Assembly: GCA_030295235.1 (NCBI GenBank)
Contig: AP026136.1
Location: 1 to 64,000, forward strand
Source of the DNA: Fistulifera solaris
Taxonomy: Eukaryota
Reading direction: 5' to 3'
Length of the DNA: 64,000 nt
The notes below the pieces were generated by a model, which saw only the letters and a list, made by a program, of their open reading frames with translations, was not told where the DNA came from and did no database searches. Made by a program: the position numbers and the translations under genes. This document shows, piece by piece, positions 33,974-45,286 of this stretch. Positions within the stretch are counted from its first letter, which is position 1, and each line of letters begins with the position of its first letter.

Positions 33974-35209
33974 TTACTCAGCTTTACGAGGCTGATTCTT
34001 AGCTTTAAACATTTCCATACATTTAGCTTGTTGATCGATCCAGCCACCCGGAACAAGGGCCGCCCAGTTTTGGGTAGTAAAATGATCGCGTTCGTTGTGA
34101 ATCACGTGATCGTACATGTGCTCGTTGACCTTGCTCAAGTTAAAAAATGGCACCATCGGATAGCAATGATGCTCAGCGTGAAAATTGGTGTCCCACAAAA
34201 AGAAGCGAACGATCGGGTTCGAGCGCACACTACGAGTGTTACGCAAACAGTTGGGTTCTTCCGACACCTCACAGTCAGCGTGTTCGAGGTTACGAAAGTA
34301 GTTGATCACAGGGTAGCCGACAAAGACTGGAACGATCCAGTAAAACAAGAGCGTTTCGTATCCTTGATCCACTCGACTCGCATAGTAAACAGCCGTTAAG
34401 TACCAAATGATTTGGGCCCAAGCATGACGCTGCAATTGCTTCATGATCCCACTCTCGTCGCTGTACGTCCAGTGACCCAGCGACCAACTCCATCCGCTGT
34501 AGTCCACGGGGATTCCCGCGGCCGAGTTCACGATACGACCGACGCGGTGCAAAAAGGTGGCAAAGACGTTCAAAAACTGCAAGACGTAGTGTGTCTTGGA
34601 CATGGGAACATTGCGAAAACCAGGATTCTCGAGCTGCTCGCGGGTATAAAAACTGGTGAGCTCGGGATCTTTGTAGATGTTGTTCGTGTACGTATGGTGT
34701 TGCTTGTGCATTACACGCTCGTGCACACCCAGCTCAAACGTGAAGCAGCCGACAAGAAAAAGACAAAGATCGTTGATCCACTTTGTCTTGAAAGCATTAC
34801 GATGCAAAAACTCGTGTTGCCCTGCAAATGCAAACGCTTGAAACTGAAAGCCGTAGAAGATGTACATAGGCACAAAAATAAGAAAGGTCGGGATACTCAA
34901 GTCTTTACCGTGCAAAGGGAAGACTTGAAGCTGTCGAATAGCGAACCCGGTCGCCACCAAGCAGCCGACCAAGCTAAAGAGGCGCTCATATCCTTTCCGA
35001 TCAGACTTGCCCATGAGACTGATCAAGACACCGTCGTCGAGAATACGATCCCGTTTCTTACGCTCACTGTGCTTGACGTCGGTCCAGTCTTCGGCGTCAG
35101 CGCGGACGTTAGCAAGTCCGTCGGTATCGGCTTTACTGTCGAGCAAAGCGACGAGCGGATCGTACTGCTGCTCATGGAATTCAATGATGGGGCGTGCGTT
35201 CGGCGGCAT
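33974..35209 (-). CDS. Membrane fatty-acid desaturase superfamily protein (MocD/rhizopine-oxygenase-like subgroup)
   Basis: Three His boxes (HEFLH, HKQHH, HAEHH), plus DPEL, EHADC, NTRS and 'YPMVPFFNL'. Hydrophobic segments, intronless, no cytochrome b5 domain. Confidence 0.88.
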   Translation of the reverse strand: MPPNARPIIEFHEQQYDPLVALLDSKADTDGLANVRADAEDWTDVKHSERKKRDRILDDGVLISLMGKSDRKGYERLFSLVGCLVATGFAIRQLQVFPLHGKDLSIPTFLIFVPMYIFYGFQFQAFAFAGQHEFLHRNAFKTKWINDLCLFLVGCFTFELGVHERVMHKQHHTYTNNIYKDPELTSFYTREQLENPGFRNVPMSKTHYVLQFLNVFATFLHRVGRIVNSAAGIPVDYSGWSWSLGHWTYSDESGIMKQLQRHAWAQIIWYLTAVYYASRVDQGYETLLFYWIVPVFVGYPVINYFRNLEHADCEVSEEPNCLRNTRSVRSNPIVRFFLWDTNFHAEHHCYPMVPFFNLSKVNEHMYDHVIHNERDHFTTQNWAALVPGGWIDQQAKCMEMFKAKNQPRKAE

Positions 35210-35924
35210 TGTGTTTCAATGAGTTTACAATGGAGAAGGAAACGCTTCGACGGCGATTGCAGAGCGTCAAAATTAATGAGAGGTGAGCGAGAGTCTCACG
35301 TTTGCGTGAAGTCAGAGGACGTCTCACATCCTTCGTATTGATGCCTGACATGATGTCAAAGATACCCTCGAAGCGTGGGCTTTTGAGCTGAAAAGGGCAT
35401 ACTTTGGCTGTCACAAATTGACACCTGTTTTTTCGTCCACGAAATTGAACGAAGATGGCAAGATCCCGCTGCGTATTGCTGGCAAATCATTACCTTCTTC
35501 CCTTGTTGGTTGGGAGGAAGTTTCATGCATTTTCATAAGCTTGGTGATGTCCTTTGTCGAAAATGCCGCGAAAGACTGCGGTATTTTTAAACTTTTGAGT
35601 TGAGACATGAGACATGAGTAAACACTAATGATTATGATTGGCTGAAAAGTTCACAGTGATACGCGAAGTGCAAGCCGGCTAACGGCTAACAGGCGACGGA
35701 AGACTTTTGCTGACTGCTAACCGCTGACGCCATGATCGATGAAACAAAGACCAGGATGAACCACATTACATTCTAAAATACTAGGTACGTAGTACGTAGT
35801 ATTCTCGATACAGCACTATGTACTTGATTGGGAACAATTTCATCGGACAGAAATGGAAGGGACTACCTGGTACCGGTACCGGTACCAGCCAACGAAAAAA
35901 TTCGAGAAACTGGCAAAAGACGAC

Positions 35925-36701
35925 ATGCAACGATATCCTAAAGCAATTGATGACTTCAAAAATAATTTAATACATGAGACAGAAAAGAGTGCGGAAACTC
36001 TCGGAACAGATACTGTCAGCTCGGCGTGGAATTATCGCTCATCTTCCTCTGAGGATGATTTTAAGGACGATTCAACGCCAAACGCATTTGACGATTCACA
36101 TCATGCACTGCAGATGACAAACGGGCCATCTGATGCTGCGTTACTGCCGACCATGCAACGAACCGTTCCAACTTTATCACAAAGCGATTACCCTTTTAGG
36201 AGCGGAGTTCCTAGTCTGTCACAAACTTACTCACAAACAAATATGCACAACATGCTGAATGAAGTCCTTCAGGTCTCGCAAAATGCAACCATGCTTGACT
36301 ATTCACAACAACAACAGCAGCAGCAGCAGCAATAACAGCAGTTGCTGCCCATTCTCCTTCCGAGAATTACTTTGCAGCAATCACGAGTAGACCAAGAACA
36401 CCATCTTCGAAAACAGCTTCAGAGTAACCAGCAGAAACTACTGCTTTTGCAGTTGACCGGAGGCCACAAACAGCAGGCTCACCCCTCGTTGGATCTTCTT
36501 CACGATGGAGTTCCGATGACAAACCCACTTTTCCAGGCCCAGCAGTGGCAATCTGCACCACAGTTACCCTTAACGTTCTCAATAGATCTCGACATGCAGC
36601 TACGTGCTTCCGCTCTTTTAAGTCAGTTATCACAGCACCAACAGCGACAAGAAGAAAATGCAGAAATGAAAGCGCCCCCGCCTCCACCCTTTCCAAAATA
36701 G
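35925..36701 (+). CDS. Hypothetical Gln-rich protein with an in-frame TAA inside its polyQ tract (36333-36335)
   Basis: ORFs 35853-36335 and 36342-36701 are in the same frame, separated by CAG CAA TAA CAG CAG. Confidence 0.55.
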
Positions 36702-37102
36702 ACAGAGAAAAGTCACCGTGTGAATCGTTTAAAAATAAAATGAACATATTCCAAGCCCATACATAAAGGGTCAAAAGTAACCCTCAGAATTGGAGGATGT
36801 TTTTCTGTGCAATCTTTTTGGGGGTCAATCAGGATCGCCTTCAACAAACCAGACTTGCAGCAATTGTGCATATTATCGCTTTTAATTTTGCGCTGTGATG
36901 TGTCTTGAACCATGATATGCACAGCATTCTGGTACATGATGGCTTCGAGAACGTCCCGTAAAATGCGTGTGACCCTTTGACTTTTACAGAACTCTGATGA
37001 CGATTGCATCTGTACGCAGTTGGAACGTAAAGCAAAGCTGCTGGCTAAAGGTTGACAATCCTCAAGCAACGTCTACAACCATTTTGTCCACATCAATATT
37101 CG

Positions 37103-37304
37103 AACAAGACTTATTCAGTCATGAGTCGAAATGACGTGTGACGGACTTACGTCAGTGTTGCCGAAGAGCAATCTTGTTCGAACCAGAAGTAGAGTAATCT
37201 TTTATTAAGAAGTGTTGAGTTACCGATTGGCTTTGTATTCGAAGTTGATCTTGTTATTGCGGTTGTTCATTGGATAATCGCTCAGAGGAACATTTATCTT
37301 CGCA
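37103..37304 (+). repeat. 5' LTR of element 2
   Basis: 202-bp direct repeat of 43532-43735. Confidence 0.96.
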
Positions 37305-37319
37305 GGTTATGAGCCCAGG
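37305..37319 (+). promoter_or_regulatory. Primer-binding site GGTTATGAGCCCAGG (internal/half tRNA-iMet type)
   Basis: Immediately follows the 5' LTR and is complementary to the tRNA-iMet anticodon arm. Confidence 0.85.
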
Positions 37320-37390
37320 TCACGCCGGTTGGAATTGATTCGATTGAAAAGCGTGAATCTGAGAGTTGTTGAAGTCGTTCGCACCGGTGG

Positions 37391-40300
37391 ATGACTGATT
37401 GGAGAGAAGAGGAAGAGAGCCTTGCATCACTACAGGAAGAGGAAGAAGTGCTTGGAGGGCTTCATTTGAACATTTTCTGGCAAGAAGAAAGAACGGAAGA
37501 AGAAAAGAACGACGACAATCCGACTGCCGACGGCGACGAGGTTGAGAACAGGATGGCAAGCTTGGAATATTTGACCCGGATGCTTGGAGTTGCTCCACGA
37601 GCGACTGATCGTACTACCCAGGATGTAAAGGGGAAGAAAAGCTGTTGAAGGCGCCAAGATCGCGATGGCTTGAAGCCAAAAGAGCGGACTCAGCTTCATG
37701 AAAGTGCCACGGCTGGCATTGAAACGAAGTTTGAGATCATGGATTCAATTAACTTGAGTGATGGAGAAGCAGTTGCAACTCTGTCCAAAGCTTACCGTGT
37801 TGATCTACGCATTGCTGAAGTTCGTTTGGTTCGCGGAGAGATACGACATGGCTGATGTTTTCCAAATTCCGTCGGATTTTGTTGCCCACCCTGATTTTTC
37901 GGTGCCTATTCCGGCAGAAGGAAGTGAGCTGGTGGATCTGTTTACCGGATATTACAAGTTGGACATGGAGACTATCAAGAAAGCTTGTGATTTCTATGTG
38001 GCACGAGGAGCAGATTGGCAAGTTGAAAATTTGCAATGGTCTGGAGAATTAATTTTGAACTGTTGCTCGCCCGACTTGCGAACTCGGATTGAGACTCAGG
38101 CTCAGAGTGTACCTTTTGGAAAAGAGGCTGCCTACAAGAGCGGGCCGGTCTATTTTAAGATGATGATGGATTACGTTATTGTGCGCGATTCGTCTACTAT
38201 TCGTGGACTTATCAGTCAGTTTGAAAAGCTTACGGTGAAGGACTTTCCAGGAGAGAATGTGCGCGACTACAACACAGTTGCAGTGGGAGTCTACAATATG
38301 CTTGCAAATTCGATGAATCTGGCTGCTAATTCTGTTGTTCCGGATATGGCAAAGATTGTGAAAGCGTGGATTGATCGCGAGCTCAACGCCCCGGGAGTTC
38401 AATAGCGATTTGGCTCAAGCCAGCTGTTGGGACGCGATTGTTCGATTGAAGCGTTGACCGATAAAGCCAATGAGTTGTATGCAGGACTATTGGGAGCGAG
38501 TCTTTGGGTTGCTGGAGATGGAAAACAAGGCGACTCTGGATTCTTTAGTGGTACTTGCTACGAATGCGGAGAAAAAGGTCACAAGATCGCTGACTGTCCT
38601 AAGAAGAAAACGGATGGTAATGACAAGAATGAGTCTGGCAATCGCGGTTCTGGATCTGGACGTGGCAATGGACGCGGAGGACGCGGTGGCCGTGGCGGTC
38701 GTGGCAATCGTGGTGGTCGTAATGGTGGACAAGGTCGTGGAGGTGGTTCTAATGGATCTAATGATGCCAAAGACAAGGATCCCTTCAGCATTCCGCCTAA
38801 GAAAGGCGAAAGCCACACGAAGACCATCAATGGCAAGACTTACCATTGGTGTGGCCGGTGCAATCGGTGGGTGGATCACAACACTGAGCAGCATCGTGCA
38901 ATGTTGGCAATGATGGCGAATGATTCGGATAACAAGTCGTCTGACGGAAAGAAAGACAAGTCTGATGATAAGAAAGAGTCTGGAAACTTCGCCGGGCGTT
39001 TGACGCCGCGTTTTTAATGGGCCGCTTCATTGGCTATCTGGACCGATGGAGCAAATGGCCCAAACTTTCCAGGATTGTGAAGGAGTTTATGAAATTGAGT
39101 TGTTGGAGCAAGCTCGGAGTTTTTGGGCTGCTACTTTGGATTTTATTGATTGGAATTCTTACCTTTGAAGCAGTGGCTGATGGTTCTTGTTCGTCAGCGC
39201 TTGTTTTGATGGAAATGCCGCTTCGCTTGTACTTTGTCGCGGACGGTATCATTGGATTTGGAACTGTTGCCCCGATTTGGTTTGATGTTACTCGACGACC
39301 GATTGTGCGCGACAGAGAGAGATTTAAGGGAAGAAGAAGCGGCGCCGTCGCTTGTTGTGGTTTCGCAGGAGCAAGACTCGGAAGTCAAAACGCGTCACGA
39401 AACGTCCTGTTGCAATAGGAGACGAGATTTCTGAGTGGATCAAAGGATGGGCTGATATACCCATTCGTCCGGTTCCTACGATTCCTGAGATGTTCGACGA
39501 AGCATGCCGCGCCAACCCAGAATTGCTGGATCTCCTCTGTGGTTTCGGTCGCTTTTCTTGGTTGCGGTTTCCTTCGTTGGAAGACAGTTTGGTTGGATGT
39601 TTGGCGACTTTACAGCCGCTGGCCTACAACAATCAAGATCCTGTTGATGGATGCTTTCAGCTTCAGAGCATTTACTTTGGAGCCGACAAATGATACGCCC
39701 TATTGTTTTCGATACTGGCGCGTCTACCGGTGTTACGCCACATCGAGAAGATTTTATTGATTTTACGCCGAGTGATTCGTCTTTGACTGGGATCGCTCAA
39801 ACGGCACGCAGTCTGTGGTTCTGGTACTGTTTGCTGGAAGATTCGAGATGATACTGGACAAGAGCATGAATTGAAAACGCGGGCTCTCTATGTGCCTGAC
39901 GCCCAAGTTCGTCTCTTTAGTCCACAGGTGCATTTGCAGATTGAAGCCAGAGGGGGTCGTGGTGAATTTCGTGTTACGGAAACTGGTTCTGTCTTTCGAT
40001 TTCCTTTTACCAAGAAGTTGTTAACTTTCCATGCCACCCATGACCGACTTCCGATTGCTCGTTTAGCGACATATTCTATCGAGGAACTTTCCGTGTTCCC
40101 CAGTTTCACGCGCCTCAAGTCGCTGTGGAAGAAAATGTTAATCTTTCGCCGGCGCAGCGTGAACTGAAGCAGTTACATGATAGATTGGGCCACTTTAATT
40201 TTCCTTGGATTCAGCGACTCCAGCGAGTTCGAGAGGGGGATAGAGTGCAGGAGCCCATTTTGCGAACAAAATACAAGTCTACGTCCTCTTGTGAGCCGCC

Positions 40301-43300
40301 GATCTGTGCATCATGTCAGTTTGGCAAAGCAAAACGAAAGGCTATTGGGACAGAAAACAAATCGAAAGTCCCAGAGAGAGATGGTTCGTTGAAAGAAGGT
40401 ATCTTGACGCCAGGCCAGATGGTATCGACGGATCAGTTTGTGTCAAGTGTATCTGGAAGGAGGTCACATACTTATGGGAAAGAGCAAGAGCATGACAAGT
40501 ACAAGTGTGGTACTATCTTTGTGGATACGGCTACGACATATTTGTTTGTGCAGAATCAAGTGTCTACTTCGTCGACTGAAACTATTTGATCAAAACATGC
40601 GTTCGAGAGAGAGCTTCGTTCGTATGGAGTTGAAGTCAAGGAGTATCGGGCTGACCTAGGAGTGTACAAGTCAAGAGAATTTCTGAGAGATTTGGAGTTG
40701 CAAGGACAGCGAATTCATTTCTCAGGTGTCGGTGCACATCACCAGAACGGAATTGCAGAGAATGCGATCCGAACCGTGACAGAAAGTGCAAGGACTATGT
40801 TATTGCATGCTATGATTCACTGGCCGAGTGAAACGTCGGTGGACTTATGGCCGTTTGCGGTGGACTATGCTGTGTATTTGTGGAACAGATTACCAAAGCA
40901 GGATTCAGGACTGGCACCAGTTGAGCTACTTTCTGGAGTTACGATGGATACGAGTGTACTTCAGCCGAATGAGAGTCTTCGGGTGTCCGTGCTACGTTCT
41001 GGATACTAGGATTCAAGATGGAAAGAAATTACCTAAGTGGAAGCCAAAGAGTCGCGAGAGGTCAATTCTTAGGGATGTCAACGCGACATGCAAGTACGAT
41101 TGGGCTAATTCGGAATTTGAGAACGGGAGCGGTGTCGCCGCAATTTCATGTGGTGTCACGATGATTTGTTTACGACGATTCCGTTGATTCCAAAGCCTGA
41201 TGTAGAAGAGCCGGAGCCAAAGAATTGGGAAGAGCTATTGACTTTTAGCCGGGATAAAGTTGAGACGGAGGATGGTGAAGAGCTACCTTTGTTGCATGAA
41301 GACTGGCTTACCGATAGCGAAAAGAAGCAGAGAGAGCTGTTGTTGAGACGACGAGTTCAGGAAAGGAATTTGACTCCAGGGCCTCGCCATCGAGAGCCTA
41401 GAGTTGAGCCGAATCAGATTCATGTGGATCAAGATCAAGATGATGTTCCTATTTTAGCTCCAGAGAGAGATGAGAGTGATAGCGATGAGGATGTGGAAGA
41501 GTCTGCTCCCCGTCGGAAGTGAGAGACCGCGACGTTGGAATCGAAAATACTTTGGTTCTGATTTCGTGAATAGGCCTGTTAGCAAAGGAAGATTCTATGG
41601 GCCAGATGATGAAGTCCATGTTGCAAATGACGATATTACTGAGTTCGGAAAAGAGACCGAGTCTGAATTGATTGAGAAAGTTAAAGAGGAGTTTGGTCTA
41701 CCGTCGGAGAACGATGCTTTTCTGGCGAAGTCTGGATTTTGAAGATGATATCTTGTCGCAAGGTAATTGGGGTGCGCATGCATTGTTGATGCGATCGAAC
41801 GTTGATGAGAACGGGTTGCTCGATGATTTGCATCCTTTGGCGTTTGCTGCAAAAGCGAACAACGAAGACACTCCAAACTATTATCAAGCGATGAATGGAC
41901 CCAATAGTGAAGGCTATCGTCAAGCGATGGTCGAAGAGATTGAATCATTAGAGAGTTTGGATCCTTGGGACGTGGTTCCGAGATCTGACGCAGTTGAGAA
42001 AGGAGAGCGAATATCTTGCCGAGTACTTGGGGCGTTTAAATGTAAGAGATACCCCGATGGTCGGATCAAGAAATTTAAGGCGAGATGGTGCATTCGCGGA
42101 GATCGTCAAATTGAGGGCGTTGATTTCTTTGAGACCTATGCCCGGTGGTTTCGTGGAGTACTGTTCAAGCTTGTTGTTGATTCTGTCAATCGTCTTGGGC
42201 TTAGCTACGAAGCAAGTCGACTACACGTTGGCGTTTGTGCAAGCTGACCTGAACGAGGAAGTGTTCTGTGAGATGCCGAAAGGGTTCGAGCGTCCGGGAT
42301 ACATTTTGAGATTGAAGAAAAGTGTTTACGGGTTAAGACAGAGTCCCCTGAACTTCTTTAATTGTTTGAAGAAAGGATTGGAAGATCGAGGATTTGTTCA
42401 GTCGAAGAATGAACCTTGTTTGTTTATGTCGAAGAAAGTGATTTGTTTAACCTACGTTGATGATTGTTTGTTCTTCGCTCGACGAACGCGACATCGATGC
42501 AGTGATTGATGACTTACGTAACAACGAGAAGTTCCAGAGGTTTCAGTTGAATATTGAGGATGATGTTGCTGGATTCCTTGGGATTTTGATTCAAAGAAAG
42601 GATGATGGATCGATTGAGCTATTACAAGAAGGATTGATCGATCGGATTTTGGTTACTATGGGTTTACAGGACTGTCGGACGAGTTCGACACCTGCTGAAT
42701 CGAAAACGTTAGGAAAGGATCCTGATGGAGAAGATTGTGTTGAGAAGTGGTCGTATGCCTCTGTTGTCGGAATGATGATGTATTTGGCGTCGAACTCTCG
42801 ACCAGATATTGCATTTGCGGTGCATCAATGTGCGAGGTTTACGCATTGCCGGGGCGAGTGCATGAGATAGCATTGAAACGAATTGGTCGATATTTGAAAG
42901 CTACCAAAGATCATGGGATGATTATTCGTCCTGATAAGGATTTGAGATTGGATCTATATGTGGATGCTGATTTCGCGGGATTATGGAATTCTGAAGACGC
43001 GAACAATCCCTCTGACGTGAAAAGTCGAACTGGTTATGTTATTACGGCTTGGAGGTGTTCCGGTACTTTGGGGATCAAAATTGCAGAGTGAGATCTCATT
43101 GTCTACTACGGAAGCGGAATTTATTGCTGCATCTATGGCGATGAGACAGTTGTTACCTGTACGAAGTAATGGAAGAGTTGACAGAGCATCTCAAGATTGA
43201 GCGGAGTGCCGAGTCTACTGTTTCTATTGTGTGGGAAGACAACAATGGAGCGCTTACTATGATGAATAATTCTTATCCAAAGATGACCCCTCGGACAAAG

Positions 43301-43458
43301 CATATTGGTTGCAAGTATTGGTGGTTCATTTCGCATATCAAAGATGGAGAAATCGAAGCGAGACGAATCGATACGGCTGAGCAGAAAGCGGATATATTCT
43401 GAAGGGCTTATCGAAGGGAGAGTTTGAAACAAAGCGCAGGTTATTGATGGGTTGGTGA
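37391..43458 (+). CDS. gag-pol polyprotein of element 2, fragmented by many frameshifts
   Basis: CYECGEKGHKIADC, an RGG-rich tract, WCGRCNRWVDH, IVFDTGAS, HDRLGH...CASCQ, GVGAHHQNGIAE, KQVDYTLAFVQA, YVDD, DADFAG and WEDNNGA, ending LMGW*. Confidence 0.9.
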
Positions 43459-43531
43459 GACTTGTCAAGTTTATATGTTTAGAGAGACTTAGGATTTTAG
43501 GAAGAAGTTCGAAGCTACGATTGAGAGAGAG

Positions 43532-43735
43532 AACAAGACTTATTCAGTCATGAGTCGAAATGACACGTGTGACGGACTTACGTCAGTGTTGCCGAAGAGC
43601 AATCTTGTTCGAACCAGAAGTAGAGTAATCTTTTATTAAGAAGTGTTGAGTTACCGATTGGCTTTGTATTCGAAGTTGATCTTGTTATTGCGGTTGTTCA
43701 TTGGATAATCGCTCAGAGGAACATTTATCTTCGCA
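43532..43735 (+). repeat. 3' LTR of element 2
   Basis: 204-bp direct repeat of the 5' LTR (ATGACACGTG versus ATGACGTG). Confidence 0.96.
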
Positions 43736-44038
43736 ATTCGCGCCATTTTCGTTTGTTCTCGTTGACAACAAACGCACAAAAAATCCTTCCGTTGACATTC
43801 ATTCGGGTAGCTCGTTACTATCGGCTTTGATGTGAAACAGTCATTTACGAATAGGATGTATAGACATTTTAGTATTATAGAAGTCCCAACGCGAAGGAAA
43901 AAATTGGCGGGACGCGACGGAGGGAGTCAACTCGCCTCTCACTCTCTTTGCGATGATGAACGAACAGCTTCCATTTATTGAAGAACAAATCCATTCAATA
44001 GAAGTCCATATTGTCATTAATTTCTTTCATAATTAAGC

Positions 44039-44386
44039 ATGATAAGCATACCGCAAGCCCCAGCTAGTTTCAAAATCAGCGGGAACCCGACCGCATTAGT
44101 TCAGCGCTTCATTCGGAGGACGCCTTCCACGGACAGCTCTTCCAGCCTGCTTTATCTTCGCTCCGGTAGCTGCGATGAAGATTCTCTCTCTCCTCCGACC
44201 TCGAGTGCTCGCAGTGAAGAGGACTTGATATTAATGGAAGGAGGACTTTTGGGAATATCACAAGGCGCAGAGACATCCCAATCCGCCATCGCCCAACCCG
44301 TGCAAAACACCGCTAGTGTTCCTCAAGCACCATCGACCGCTTCCGACGTAGATACTATATTATGGGCGAGCTCCATCGTGCAGTAA
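44039..44386 (+). CDS. Hypothetical small Ser-rich protein
   Basis: 115 aa ATG-initiated ORF in an otherwise ORF-poor region. No domain recognised. Confidence 0.35.
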   Translation: MISIPQAPASFKISGNPTALVQRFIRRTPSTDSSSSLLYLRSGSCDEDSLSPPTSSARSEEDLILMEGGLLGISQGAETSQSAIAQPVQNTASVPQAPSTASDVDTILWASSIVQ

Positions 44387-45286
44387 AAATGAGCTTGCTG
44401 CGTAGGACCTTCTTCATAGCCTCGCCTGATTGATTCCCAGCATATTTGGCGATCTTCAACCTGCCTTGGAATACTTGCGTCAATAGAACGCATCATTCTC
44501 TATACGTCATCGCTCATACTACTTAAACATTTAGTACCTTTCGCTTATTGGCTTCATTAGCATTGTTGTGTCAGAAGCATTCGAAGCAAAGTGATCGCTC
44601 GCTCAACGACGAATGTTGCAAAGACTGACTACCGGTCATGGGTCATTCTCGCTTTTCGTACGCTGTGACTTCGTCAAAATTGATCTTGTTGGCAGGTTAA
44701 GCTTGGCAATTGCTTAGGCACCAGATTTAAAGAATGTTGTCAACTTAGAAGGAAGATGTTACGTTATGAAGACTGGCCTTCATTGAGTCACGAAGAACTG
44801 TAACAATGATCTAATCAGGTTTTAGTAGATAAAGATACAAGCACAACACGAAAAGCTCTGATCATTTTTGAATGATGCTCTTGATAATTATTGATTTCTC
44901 TGGCTAGACGAGGATACAAGCACATCACAAGAAGAACTGATGCTCTTGTTATTTATTTATTGCTCTGGCAATGCATAGGCAATAAATCCCTCGTGAGATT
45001 AATGAGCTGGTTTCAGGACTGATTTCAGTCATGTTGCCGTGTTGGCTTTTGCTTACGTCACTTCTGGTGTCGCTCACTTTTTCTCGCGTGCCTCAACGTC
45101 ATTCGTTTACATCTCGAAAGAAGTTGCACCGACAGCATTAGAAACGACCATCATAACAAACAAAGCAAGTGACAAATAATACTTGCATCTCGTAGAGCCC
45201 ACAACTAGTGTGCTGACAGGTTCTATTTTCTGGATTCGAATCGAAGCAGGTCTCCTAGGTTACGGACAAAAACGATCAGAGCAAGC

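Larger units (their letters stand above)
37103..43735 (+). mobile_element. Complete Ty1/copia LTR retrotransposon (CoDi-like), element 2, ~6.6 kb, TSD ATTCG
   Basis: LTRs at 37103-37304 and 43532-43735 differ only by a 2-bp indel. ATTCG flanks both ends (37098-37102 and 43736-43740). PBS at 37305, PPT GAGAGAGAG at 43523-43531, domain order gag-PR-IN-RT-RH. Confidence 0.97.

Noticed and set aside
34412..35341. 309 aa antisense ORF over the desaturase
   Set aside because: It is explained by codon bias of the sense gene and has no motifs.
35863..35887. TACC(T)GGTACCGGTACCGGTACC palindromic run
   Set aside because: It is a short simple repeat with no further structure. It also makes the ORF start at 35853 doubtful.
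36713..43800. Possible gene disrupted by element 2
   Set aside because: Rejoining the flanks across the ATTCG TSD gave only short ORFs in the minus-strand frames I checked, so the insertion looks intergenic.
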